Source of the DNA: an uncultured Chloroflexia bacterium
GTDB taxonomy: Bacteria > Chloroflexota > Limnocylindria > Limnocylindrales > CSP1-4
Length of the DNA stretch: 64,000 nucleotides
Assembly: GCA_963752475.1 (NCBI GenBank)
Contig: CAVVYR010000006.1
Span: 704,001 to 768,000, forward strand
Direction of reading: 5' to 3'
Shown: in pieces, positions 49,159-59,781 of the stretch
Position numbering within the stretch: the stretch's first letter is position 1
Layout of the letters: each line of letters starts with the position of its first letter
Notes under the pieces: model-generated
Seen by the model: the letters and a program-made list of their open reading frames with translations, nothing else
Told to the model about the DNA's origin: nothing
Databases searched by the model: none
Program-made: the position numbers and the translations under genes

Positions 49159-52100
49159 ATGCAGTCGTCGGGCCCCATGCGTACGCCTTATCTCACCATG
49201 CTTGCAGTGCTTCAAGCGGTCGTGCTGCTATCGACAGTCCTACTCGCCCCTGCCTCAGTGATCGCCCAGGACGGCGAACCAGAGCCTCCCCCTGCCTCCG
49301 AGGCTCAGGCTGACCAGCAGCCGCAACCGGATCCTCAGGCGGCCGAAGAGCCCAAGAAGGACGAGGCGCCCAAGGCCGACGAGCCTAAGAAGGACGAGCC
49401 CAAGGCCGACGAGCCTAAGAAGGACGAGGCGCCCAAGGCCGACGAGCCTAAGAAGGCCGAGGAGAAGAAGGCCGAGGAGCCCAAGAAGGACCAGCCCAAG
49501 GCCGAGGAGAAGAAGGCCGAGGAGCCCAAGAAGGACGAGCCCAAGGCCGAGGAGAAGAAGGCCGAGGAGCCCAAGAAGGCCGACGAGCCCAAGAAGGACG
49601 AGCCCAAGGCCGAGGAGAAGAAGGCCGAGGAGCCCAAGAAGGACGAGCCCAAGGCCGAGGAGAAGAAGGCCGAGGAGCCCAAGAAGGACGAGCCCAAGGC
49701 CGAGGAGAAGAAGGCCGAGGAGCCCAAGGCCGAGGAGCCCAAGAAGGACGAGCCCAAGGCCGAGGAGAAGAAGGCCGAGGCGCCCAAGGCCGAGGAGCCC
49801 AAGGCCGAGGAGAAGCCGGCCGAGGAGCCCAAGGACGAGGAGCCCAAGGCCGAGGAGAAGCCGGCCGAGGAGCCCAAGGCCGAGGAGCCCAAGGCCGAGG
49901 AGAAGCCGGCCGAGGAGCCCAAGAAGGACGAGCCCAAGGCCGAGGAGAAGAAGGCCGAGGAGCCCAAGAAGGACGAGCCCAAGGCCGAGGAGAAGCCGGC
50001 CGAGGAGCCCAAGAAGGACGAGCCCAAGGCCGAGAGGGTTCTCGTGATCCTCCCGACGGAGCTTGTCCTTACCGTGGGCGACGTCCAGGCAGTCGCCGCA
50101 TACGTCTGCGTCAAGGATGACTCGCCGCGCGGTCAAGGCTGGGACCCAGCGACTGACAGTGCCTGCGACTACAGGAAGAACGCGAGGTGGTCTCTCAGCG
50201 ATCCCGACGTCGGTTCATTCAGCAAGCAGAAGGGTGAGAAGACCAAGCTGTCCGCAGTCGCCGCCATCGAGGCGACCGAGGTCATCGCTGTGACCAACGA
50301 GCTCAGCGCCAAGGTCGATCTGAGGATTCAGCCCGCCGCGGCGGCGAAGCCCGAGAAGGACGAGCCCAAGGCCGAGGGGAAGAAGGCCGAGAAGCCTCAG
50401 AAGGAGGACGGACCTCCTCCCACTTCCGACGACTCGGTGGGATCACCCGACGCTGCGGTACCTGTCGAAGACGCTGAAGGTCAAGAGCCCGCCATGGAAG
50501 GGGCTCCGATGACCGAGGAATCCGCCACGGAAGACGGCGGTACAGACGATGAGGGCGATGCTCCATCTGACTCGGGATCGGGAACCGAAGAAGGCCAGGA
50601 GATCACGCAGCCCGAGGGAGTTGAGGCTGACGGCGAGCCCGTCACCCAAGCCTGTGAAGCTGACCCCACGAGTGATGAGTGTCTGGCCGAGCTACTCGCT
50701 GTCGCGCCGCAGGCGGACGGAGACGCGACCGTCGAGCCTGCAGCACTTGGCGGCTGGTCGGTGAGCGACGCGACGAAGGACCCTGAAGGCACCGGCACGA
50801 ACAGCCCTCTCGCCTTCAACGTCCGCTTCGCTCGAACGGGAGGCATCTTCGGTTTGGGCTACGCCAGCGTACAGGTGCGGACGGTAGCCATCGGAACGGC
50901 AACGGCGGGCAGCAGTTGCAGCACTGCTGGCGTCGACTACGTCAGCCGCGGTTGGACAAGCGTGACGACACCGAACTGGTGGGGGAGCGCCAATATCCCG
51001 TTCAACGTCACCATCTGCGGCGACAGCCGACCTGAGCCCAACGAGTGGTTCCAGGTGCGGCTGCGCCGACCAACAAACGGCACGTCCATCACTCGCAGTC
51101 CGGCGACAGGGTGGATCATCGACGACGACGTCCGGTTCGCGAGCATCGCGGGCACGAAGTTCGACGACCTCAACGGTAACGGCGTCTTCGATGCGGGTGA
51201 GCCCGGCATCAATGGCGTGAGCATCGCGCTCAGCGGTCCCAGTGGTCCGCTCACGACCACCACCACGAACGGCGGCACCTACAGCTTCGGCGGGCTGCTG
51301 CCCGGCAGCTACACCGTCACCGAGACGCCTCCGCTCGGATCGCAGCCCACCGCACCGACGAGCCTCGGTGTGACCCTGACCTCGGGCCAGGACCTTGGTG
51401 GCCAGGACTTCTTCAACGCCTACGATGCCAGCGTCGCGGGCACGAAGTTCGACGACCTCAACGGTAACGGCGTCTTCGATGCGGGTGAGCCCGGCATCAA
51501 TGGCGTGAGCATCGCGCTCAGCGGTCCCAGTGGTCCGCTCACGACCACCACCACGAACGGCGGCACCTACAGCTTCGGCGGGCTGCTGCCCGGCAGCTAC
51601 ACCGTCACCGAGACGCCTCCGCTCGGATCGCAGCCCACCGCACCGACGAGCCTCGGTGTGACCCTGACCTCGGGCCAGGACCTTGGTGGCCAGGACTTCT
51701 TCAACGCCTACGATGCCAGCGTCGCGGGCACGAAGTTCGACGACCTCAACGGCAACGGCGTCTTCGATGCGGGCGAGCCCGGCATCCGATGGCGTGAGCA
51801 TCGCGCTCAGCGGTCCCAGTGGTCCGCTCACGACCACCACCGCGAACGGCGGCACCTACAGCTTCGGCGGGCTGCTGCCCGGCAGCTACACCGTCACCGA
51901 GACTGCCTCCGGCTCGGATCGCAGCCCACCGCACCGACGAGCCTCGGTGTGACCCTGACCTCGGGCCAGGACTTGGTGGCCAGGACTTCTTCAACGCTAC
52001 GATGCCAGCGTCGCGGGCACGAAGTTCGACGACCTCAACGGCAACGGCGTCATCGATGCCGGCGAGCCTGGCCTCCCGAACTGGCGAGATCACGCTCAGC

Positions 52101-54373
52101 GGCGGCTCCGGCCCGGTCAGCACCACCACCGATACCAACGGCAACTACCGCTTCGAGCAGCTCGCCCCTGGCAGCTACACCGTCACCGAGACGGTGCCCT
52201 CCGGCTGGGTGGCGACCCTGCCCGAGTCCATCGGCCCGTTCGTCCTCCAGTCGGGCCAGCGACGTCGTCGACCTCGACTTCCTCAACCTACGAGCAGGCC
52301 AGCGTCGCGGGCACGAAGTTCGACGACCTCAACGGCAACGGCGTCATCGATGCCGGCGAGCCTGGCCTCCCGAACTGGGAGATCACGCTCAGCGGCGGCT
52401 CCGGCCCGGTCAGCACCACCACCGATACCAACGGCAACTACCGCTTCGAGCAGCTCGCCCCTGGCAGCTACACCGTCACCGAGACGGTGCCCTCCGGCTG
52501 GGTGGCGACCCTGCCCGAGTCCATCGGCCCGTTCGTCCTCCAGTCGGGCAGCGACGTCGTCGACCTCGACTTCCTCAACTACGAGCAGGCCAGCGTCGCG
52601 GGCACGAAGTTCGACGACCTCAACGGCAACGGCGTCATCGATGCCGGCGAGCCTGGCCTCCCGAACTGGGAGATCACGCTCAGCGGCGGCTCCGGCCCGG
52701 TCAGCACCACCACCGATACCAACGGCAACTACCGCTTCGAGCAGCTCGCCCCTGGCAGCTACACCGTCACCGAGACGGTGCCCTCCGGCTGGGTGGCGAC
52801 CCTGCCCGAGTCCATCGGCCCGTTCGTCCTCCAGTCGGGCAGCGACGTCGTCGACCTCGACTTCCTCAACTACTGAGCAGGCCAGCGTCGCGGGCACGAA
52901 GTTCGACGACCTCAACGGCAACGGCGTCATCGATGCCGGCGAGCCTGGCCTCCCGAACTGGGAGATCACGCTCAGCGGCCGGCTCCGGCCCGGTCAGCAC
53001 CACCACCGATACCAACGGCAACTACCGCTTCGAGCAGCTCGCCCCTGGCAGCTACACCGTCACCGAGACGCTGCCAGCCGGGCTGGGTCGCGACCCTGCC
53101 CGAGTCCATCGGCCCCTTCACCCTCCAGTCGGGTGACGCGAGCATCGGCAACCCGACTTCCTCAACTACGAGCAGGCCACGATCATCGTCGAGAAGCAGA
53201 CGGTTCCCGATGGCGATCCGGCCTCGTTCACCTTCGAGGGTGATGCCGCCGGCTCTATCGTGGATGGCGCCCAGATCATCGTGGGCGAGCTGGCTCCTGG
53301 CAGCTACAGCTCGAAGGAATTGGTGCCCGTCGGATGGGTGCTGACCAGCATCGTCTGCGACGACGACAAGAGCAGCGGCGACACCGCATCGGCCACCGCA
53401 TCCTTCGTGCTCATCTCCGGCGACACGACGACCTGCGTGTTCAACGAACACCCAGCTCGTCGGGAGCATCGCCGTCACCAAGACCCCGACGCCCACCAGT
53501 CTGCTTGAGCCTGGGGGCGTGTTTTCCTACGGGGTGGAGATCATCAATACCTCCAAGGTCGATGTCACCATCACCAGCCTGGCCGACAAGCCCTACGGGG
53601 ATGTCGCGCTCATCGCGGGCACGACCTGCTCGACACCCCAGGTGATCAACCCGGGCGCCTCGTACTCGTGCTCGTTCAGTGGGGAGTTCAGCGGCAACGC
53701 AGGGGACACCCTGACTGACACCATCACTGCGGCAGGCACCGACATCCACGGGAACGCGGTCACAGCGAACGCCTCCGCGACCGTCACCCTCACCGACGCC
53801 CCGCCGGCGATCTCGGTCAGCAAGGCTGCCGACGTGAGCAAGATCGCCGAGCCGGGTGGTGACGTGACCTACACGGTCGCGGTCACCAATACGGTGGAGG
53901 AGCCTCTGGCCCTCATCGGCATCGTCGACGACAAGTTCGGCGACCTCGACGCCTCCGGTAACGGTCGTGTCAGCCAGAACGGCTGCGCCAACAAGGTCGG
54001 GACGACGATCGCCAGCGGGGCCACGTTCAGCTGTGCCTTCACCGCTCGTGTCGAGGGCAGCGCCGGACAGAAGCACGTCAACACGGTCACGGTCAGCGCG
54101 GCCGATGACGACGGCGCTGGGTCAACGAGCGCCGGCATCAAGCCCGCGGCCAACGTGGTGAAGAGCAGCGCGTCGGCAACGGTCACGATCGTGGCTGCCG
54201 AGGTCAAGGCAGCCCTCCCACCGACCGACATGCTCGTGCCGACGAGCGCATCCGGGCCGAGTGGAACGGGTGGTCTGGGTCTGTCTATGGTCTGGGCTCT
54301 CTGGGCTCTGCTCTCGGCCACGCTCATCGTCATGGGCGGCTGGGTCATCCGCGAGCAACGCCACCGCACCTGA
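49159..54373 (+). CDS. Very large cell-surface protein: signal peptide, K/E/P/A stalk, Ig-like, Calx-beta, 7 SdrD B-like repeats, further Ig-like domains, C-terminal sorting tail; frameshifts at about 51790-53510
   Basis: Domain motifs continue across frames (GTKFDDLNGNG..DAGEPG; GSYTVTE); ends LPPTD-linker-TM-REQRHRT. Confidence 0.82.
49340..50035 (+). repeat. Tandem ~15-bp coding repeats (KAEEP/KKDEP/KAEEK units)
   Basis: Iterated aaggccgaggagccc / aagaaggacgagccc / aaggccgaggagaag. Confidence 0.95.
51141..53180 (+). repeat. Seven tandem domain repeats: three of ~288 bp (type A) and four of ~291 bp (type B)
   Basis: ggcacgaagttcgacgacctcaacgg recurs at 51151, 51439, 51727, 52016, 52310, 52601 and 52893. 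Confidence 0.95.
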
Positions 54374-54395
54374 GCAACCCTTCCATCACGCAGAC

Positions 54396-54428
54396 ACGAC
54401 GGCCGGGCCTCCCAGGCTCGGCCGTCGT
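54396..54428. terminator. Hairpin between convergent genes
   Basis: ACGACGGCCGGGCCT-CCC-AGGCTCGGCCGTCGT. Confidence 0.7.
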
Positions 54429-54446
54429 CATGACTGCGACCTGGGC

Positions 54447-55412
54447 TCAACCTCCGGCGACGAGTTCCCGGAGGCGCGGTAGGCGCTCGATGGTCTCGTG
54501 GTCGAAGGGTGAGGGGATGTCCACGATGAGGTGGGTGAACCCTAGCTCGACATAGCGCTGCCACTGCTCAGCGACCTGCTCCTCGGTGCCAAAGAAGTCG
54601 TGCTCGGGGTCGATGATGTGGCGGCTGCCGTTGGCGTCGAGGCGAGCCTGCAGGGCACCTCGGGCTTCCTCGGGGTCATCTCGCAGCACGCAGAAGTGGA
54701 CCAGCGTGTGCTCGATCTCCAGCGGGTCGCGCCCGACGGCGTCGCAATGCCGGCGCAGCACTTCGGCCTTGTGGGCCACGGTTTCGAGGTCGCCGTTGAT
54801 GTTCCAGCCCCGGGCGTAGCGCGCGACCGTCCGCAGCGTCTTCTTCTCGCCGCCTCCACCGATCAGGATCGGCAGCGTGTCGACTCCACGGAAGGGCAGG
54901 GGGTGGTGCTCGAGCGCATCGAAGGCGTAGCGGCCACCAGGAGTCGACGTGACGGTCTCGCCTGCGAGCAGCGCACTCATGCCGGACACGGCCTCGTCGA
55001 GCCAGTCGAGGCGCTGCCCGAAGCCACTTCCGAAGTCCACGCCGGCAGCTGTGTGCTCGTACTCGAACCAGGCCCCGCCGATGCCAAGCCACGCGCGGCC
55101 CCCGCTGATGTGGTCGAGCGTGACCGCGGTCTTGGCTGTCAGCCCGGGGTTGCGGAAGGTGTTGGCACCGACCATCAGGCCGAGGTCGATGTGCTCGGTC
55201 GCGGCGGCCCAGGCAGCCAGCGTGGTCCAGCCCTCGTAGATCGGCTGGAGCGGGTCACCGACGATGGCGTGCATGTGGTCCCAGGTCCAGAGGGAGTCGA
55301 GATCTGCGCTGTCGGCGAGGCGGGCGGCGTCGAGCATCGAGGCCCACTCGGTCTGCTGGGGCCAGACAAGCGCTCCGACACGGATGGGGTAGCGGTCACG
55401 ATGTGTGGTCAT
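54447..55412 (-). CDS. LLM-class, probably F420-dependent, oxidoreductase
   Basis: WTWDH, EGWTTLAA, FRNPGLTAK, LDHISGGR, GIGGAW, LIGGGGEKKTL. Confidence 0.88.
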   Translation of the reverse strand: MTTHRDRYPIRVGALVWPQQTEWASMLDAARLADSADLDSLWTWDHMHAIVGDPLQPIYEGWTTLAAWAAATEHIDLGLMVGANTFRNPGLTAKTAVTLDHISGGRAWLGIGGAWFEYEHTAAGVDFGSGFGQRLDWLDEAVSGMSALLAGETVTSTPGGRYAFDALEHHPLPFRGVDTLPILIGGGGEKKTLRTVARYARGWNINGDLETVAHKAEVLRRHCDAVGRDPLEIEHTLVHFCVLRDDPEEARGALQARLDANGSRHIIDPEHDFFGTEEQVAEQWQRYVELGFTHLIVDIPSPFDHETIERLPRLRELVAGG

Positions 55413-55437
55413 GGGCCCGAGGCTATAGCATCGGTCA

Positions 55438-56121
55438 GTGCCTTGGCCACGTAACGCGAAGATCGCCTTCATCGGCTCACACGGGATTCGCAAGACGACC
55501 GCCGCTCTGGCGTTCGCGAGTGCCATCCAGCGTGCCGGCCGTTCGGTGGAGTTCGCCCGTGAGGTCGTTCGCGACAATCCCCTGGGCATCAACGAAGGCG
55601 CCACGGCCGAGGCACAGCTGTGGGTGCTGACCTCCCAGATCCGGCGAGAGCTGGAGCTGTCGCGCAAGGCCGAGTGTCTCGTCACCGACCGCGGCGTGAT
55701 GGACAACTTCGCCTACTACCTGCGCGCGGGTGGGGGTGAGGACCACTTCGACGTCGAGCCGATGGTGCGGAAATGGTCGCGGACGTATGACCTCGTGGTC
55801 CGCCTGACCCCCGACGTCGAGATCCGTGCTGATGGCGTGCGCTCCACCAGCGACCGGTTCCGCGATGAGATCGAGGCCATCCTCGATGCCCGGCTGCCGC
55901 GCCTGGTGCCGCGCGATCGACTCATCGTGGAGGCTGCATCCGGCATCACCGAGAACCACGACTGGTGGCCGCTCGCCGAGCAGCTCGCGTTGCGGCTGGG
56001 CGAGCCGCTGCTGGCACAGGGCGTCAGCCGTCCTCGCCCGCCACGGCAGCGACCCAGCCGGGTCGGACGCACCAAGTCGACCCACGACGACCAGCTGGCG
56101 CTCGACCTCGGGCGCTCGTAG
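55438..56121 (+). CDS. AAA_28/NadR-like P-loop kinase or ATPase
   Basis: KIAFIGSHGIRKTT, EVVR, TDRGVMDNFAY, ADGVR. Confidence 0.75.
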   Translation: MPWPRNAKIAFIGSHGIRKTTAALAFASAIQRAGRSVEFAREVVRDNPLGINEGATAEAQLWVLTSQIRRELELSRKAECLVTDRGVMDNFAYYLRAGGGEDHFDVEPMVRKWSRTYDLVVRLTPDVEIRADGVRSTSDRFRDEIEAILDARLPRLVPRDRLIVEAASGITENHDWWPLAEQLALRLGEPLLAQGVSRPRPPRQRPSRVGRTKSTHDDQLALDLGRS

Positions 56122-56182
56122 GCCGGGCCAGGCGCGGCGCCGCCCACGGCCCTATCCGGGCTGGGCGGTTACAGTCTTGGAG

Positions 56183-57673
56183 ATGTCGTCTTCCTTCCAG
56201 TCCTCGTTCTCCGATCCCGCTCGGCCGGGCCCGCTCGACAGTGAGGTCGCCGTCGGGTTGCTCAAGCGTGGTCAGGCGTTGGCTGAGCAGGGTGACTGGG
56301 ACCTGGCTGCCGGCACCTTCTCGCGCGTCGTGGGCGCGGGTGACCCTGCACTCCACACGGCGGCGCTCATCGGCCTGGCGGAGTGTCGATACCGCCTCGA
56401 CCAGGAGCCGGAGGCGCTGCAGGCGCTGATCACGGCCACGCAGGCACCGGAGAACGAGCTCACCTGGCGTGCCTGGAAGGAGCTGGCCTCGATGCGCGTT
56501 CGCCTCGATGACATCCCAGGCGCCGCTCGTGCCTATCGGGAGGCCGGTCGCAGGGCGCCGGCATCGGAGCAGGCGGCGATCCAGTCACGCATCGGCTGGC
56601 TGAGCAAGGAGATGGGTGATGAGGGTGGCGCGGAGCGAGCCTTCAGCCGCGCACGACCAGAGGGTGCGACACGACCGCGGATCACCTACGGCGTCCTCGC
56701 GATCACGGTCGTGATCAGTCTGCTCACGCTCGTGGGCGGTGCGGTGGAGCTCGAGGACTTGCTGCTGCTGGACAAGAGCGCCATCTACCTCGACAACGAG
56801 TACTGGCGTCTGCTCACCGTGGCCCTGGTGCACGGCTCGATCATCCACCTGCTCTTCAACATGTACGCGCTCTGGATCATCGGACCCATCGTGGAATCGC
56901 TCTATGGACCCTGGCGCTTCCTCTCGATCTACCTCATCTGCATCGCGGCCGGCTCGGTCGCCAGCTATGCCACCTCGTTCAACCCGGCGGTCGGGGCCAG
57001 CGGCGGCGTCTTCGGACTCTTCGGCGTATTGCTCGTGGCCGATCGGATACACAAACCGGCGCTGACGCGGAACGCTCGCAACCTCACGACGCAGATCGGC
57101 ATGCTCATCGGCATCAACCTGCTCATCGGCTTCACCGTCCCGGGCATCGACAACGCCGCCCACATCGGTGGCCTGCTGGCGGGCGCGGTGTTGGGTTTCC
57201 TGGTGGTGCCGACGGGTGCGACGCTCGGCTCCTTCTGGTCCCGTCCCTCGAACGACCCGGTGTCGCCGACCGGCAAGCCGCCGGACCCGGCGGTACGAAC
57301 GCGTCCGCTACGTCTCGTAGGCCTCGCCGGACTCGTGAGCGTGATCGTCGCGCTCGCCTTCATCGGCCCCATCACCTACGACGCTCGCATCTTCCAGCTG
57401 TTCGCCGGCCAGCCAGTGATGACCGCGGAAGCGATCGGCTACGCGGTAGCCGTCGCGTCGGGCCAGGCGCGCATGCTCCGGGGACAGGCTCGGCTCCATC
57501 TCGGATCGCCTCAACGGCAGGTCGACGATGACCGCACGCCGCGGTTCGGCGTCGGGGCCCTCGTCGCGAAGGAGCAGACCCAGCCACGCGGCCACGCTGC
57601 CCCGGAGCTTGAGCCGACCATCGACCGGTCCGCGCTCGATGAGCTCAGACCGGCGGAACCCGTAGCAGCCTGA
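56183..57673 (+). CDS. TPR-containing rhomboid intramembrane serine protease
   Basis: N-terminal TPR-like helices; WRLLT..LVH, HLLFNM, GASG, AHIGG; the 3' end overlaps the opposite gene. Confidence 0.88.
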   Translation: MSSSFQSSFSDPARPGPLDSEVAVGLLKRGQALAEQGDWDLAAGTFSRVVGAGDPALHTAALIGLAECRYRLDQEPEALQALITATQAPENELTWRAWKELASMRVRLDDIPGAARAYREAGRRAPASEQAAIQSRIGWLSKEMGDEGGAERAFSRARPEGATRPRITYGVLAITVVISLLTLVGGAVELEDLLLLDKSAIYLDNEYWRLLTVALVHGSIIHLLFNMYALWIIGPIVESLYGPWRFLSIYLICIAAGSVASYATSFNPAVGASGGVFGLFGVLLVADRIHKPALTRNARNLTTQIGMLIGINLLIGFTVPGIDNAAHIGGLLAGAVLGFLVVPTGATLGSFWSRPSNDPVSPTGKPPDPAVRTRPLRLVGLAGLVSVIVALAFIGPITYDARIFQLFAGQPVMTAEAIGYAVAVASGQARMLRGQARLHLGSPQRQVDDDRTPRFGVGALVAKEQTQPRGHAAPELEPTIDRSALDELRPAEPVAA

Positions 57674-58306
57674 CGCGGCTGTCGTGGCGTGTCCCTGCTC
57701 GGCGGGGTGGTAGCGATGCAGGTCTGTCGAGTGCAGGCCCTCGATCGTGGCGATCGCGACCGATGGGTCCTGGAGCGCCTCGACCAGTGGCGTGACGATA
57801 TCGCCGGCGAGCGTGCGCTCCGGCTCGAGGACGACGATGATCTCGCCGCTGCTCCTACGGAGTGCAGCCTGGAGCGCATCTCCGGCTCCGAATGCCACAG
57901 CCGTGCCGATGACCTCGTCTGCCGGTCCTTCCACGGTTTCCTGTGGCCCTCTCAGCGCCAGGACCTGCGTGCCCGCGGGAGTCGTGTCGGCGAGGGCCCG
58001 GAGCGTGGTGTCTGGCGACACGCCGGCCTCGGCGACGACGATCACCGAAGCCGGTGCCGTGGCCGGCTCGTCGAGCTGCGACGGAACCGATTCGACGGCG
58101 CCATGGAGTGTGCGCTCACCCTCGGTGATGTCGGCTGGTCGAGCGGGCTCCAGGTCGTAGCCGGCGCCGAAGTCGATGACCTTCCAGCCAGCCGTCTCGA
58201 TGCGGGCCTTGAGCTCGTCGGCGGTGTGATAGTCCCGCTGGGCGCGGGCGGTGGCTCGCTCGTCGGCGAGCGCGATGATGTCGTCGGGTACTGATGGGGC
58301 GTTCAC
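57308..58306 (-). CDS. CysS C-terminal-like domain fused to a degenerate GT2-like domain
   Basis: LADERATARAQRDYHTADELKARI...GWKVID; then ASVIVV..., GEIIVVL, GCYGFRR. Confidence 0.6.
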   Translation of the reverse strand: MNAPSVPDDIIALADERATARAQRDYHTADELKARIETAGWKVIDFGAGYDLEPARPADITEGERTLHGAVESVPSQLDEPATAPASVIVVAEAGVSPDTTLRALADTTPAGTQVLALRGPQETVEGPADEVIGTAVAFGAGDALQAALRRSSGEIIVVLEPERTLAGDIVTPLVEALQDPSVAIATIEGLHSTDLHRYHPAEQGHATTAASGCYGFRRSELIERGPVDGRLKLRGSVAAWLGLLLRDEGPDAEPRRAVIVDLPLRRSEMEPSLSPEHARLARRDGYRVADRFRGHHWLAGEQLEDASVVGDGADEGERDDHAHESGEAYET

Positions 58307-58350
58307 CGTCCGAGCATATCTCCTCGTCTGACAGGTACCCTTCCGCGGGC

Positions 58351-59745
58351 ATGGAACGTAGCGTCTGGACCGTCACCGTAGCCACGTTCGTGCTGCAATT
58401 CGCCACCGGCCTGACCGGCGCGCTGCTGGTCTTCCTGCTCGCGGACTTCCCCGCGTACGGTGGGCCCGAGGTCGGAGCCTATGCCATCGGGGTCTTCACG
58501 GCGCTCTTCTACGCGGCCGAGCTCGTGCTCTCGCCGCCGTTCGGCTTGCTCTCGGACCGGGTGGGACATCACCGGGTGATGCAGATCGGCCCGGTCTTCG
58601 GGCTCGTTGCGGTCGTGCTCACGGCACTGACGGCGGAGATCCAGGCCGGGGCCATCACCATCGCCATCCCCATCCTCGTGGGCAGCCTGGCGGTGCTTGG
58701 CCTCACGCGTCTGCTGGAGGGCGCATCGACCGCCGCGAGCGTGCCCTCCGTCCTCGGCTTCATCGCGGCGGCCACCAGCGGCGACGAGGCGTTGCGTGGC
58801 AAGGCCTCGGCCCGCTTCGAGGTAGCCACCGTCGGCGGCCTGGCCTTCGGCTTCGCCACCGCCGGGCCCGTGTGGCAGGTCTTCGGCCCCGTCGGCTTCC
58901 TGGCCAACGGCATCATCTACGTGGCGGCGTATGCGCTCTACCGCTGGTTCGTGCCCGACGTCGCGAGGGGGACGCTCGATCCGCCCGTGGCGGCGGTCCG
59001 GAGCGGCTGGCGTCGCTATCGCCGGCTGCTGCGTCGTTCGCGCGTGTGGCTACTGGCGCCAACCTGGATCGCACTCAACGCTGGGCTGGGCTTGTACACC
59101 TCGCAGACGCTCTTCCAGTTGGTGCGCAACCCCGATGAGCGCTTCGCCGACCAGTGGCTCGTGGGCGGCTTCGATCCGATCCACGTGACCATCGCCTTCG
59201 TCATCGGTGGCGCGGTCTTCCTTGGCGGCGTCCTCTACTGGGGCAGCCGGTTCTCCGTCATGCGGCGGACGACGATCATCTTCTACGGCGTCCTCGGCGG
59301 CGTCGCCTTCGTCGTCTCGGCGCTGCTGCTGAACCACACCGGCGACGACACGGCGGTGATGCGCCTGCCGTGGCTGGCGGGGCTCGGCATCGGCCTCTTC
59401 ATCCTGGCCGGGGCGACGCCGGCGGCGCTGGGACTACTTGCCGACATGTCCGAGTCGTTCCCCGCGGACCGGGGCGCGATCATGGGTCTCTACAGCGTGT
59501 TCCTGGCCCTCGGGCAGATCGCGGGTGCGATCATCGGAGCGGTAGCGGCAGAGGCTTGGGCCTTCGACGGCATCCTGATGGCGACGCTCCTGCTGCAGGG
59601 CATCGCACTGCTGCCGCTGGCGCGGCTCCGACGCTTCGAGTTCGAGTTCCAGGCCACACCGGCGAGCGGGCCGGACCCCGAAGCCGCGGTCGTCGACCTC
59701 TCTGTCACACGGGCCTACCGAACCGACCCGGACGAGGATGGCTAG
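58351..59745 (+). CDS. MFS transporter
   Basis: FGLLSDRVG motif A, about 12 TM, RGAIMGLYS. Confidence 0.9.
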   Translation: MERSVWTVTVATFVLQFATGLTGALLVFLLADFPAYGGPEVGAYAIGVFTALFYAAELVLSPPFGLLSDRVGHHRVMQIGPVFGLVAVVLTALTAEIQAGAITIAIPILVGSLAVLGLTRLLEGASTAASVPSVLGFIAAATSGDEALRGKASARFEVATVGGLAFGFATAGPVWQVFGPVGFLANGIIYVAAYALYRWFVPDVARGTLDPPVAAVRSGWRRYRRLLRRSRVWLLAPTWIALNAGLGLYTSQTLFQLVRNPDERFADQWLVGGFDPIHVTIAFVIGGAVFLGGVLYWGSRFSVMRRTTIIFYGVLGGVAFVVSALLLNHTGDDTAVMRLPWLAGLGIGLFILAGATPAALGLLADMSESFPADRGAIMGLYSVFLALGQIAGAIIGAVAAEAWAFDGILMATLLLQGIALLPLARLRRFEFEFQATPASGPDPEAAVVDLSVTRAYRTDPDEDG

Positions 59746-59781
59746 GCCGGATGCGCTCGAGAGGGGAGGTCGGCGGACGAC

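Noticed and set aside
49340-50035. CRISPR array
   Set aside because: These are in-frame coding repeats with no unique spacers, and no cas genes are present.
51780-53520. Surface protein split into several ORFs
   Set aside because: The indels are unique to individual copies of otherwise identical repeats, so a single gene is more likely.
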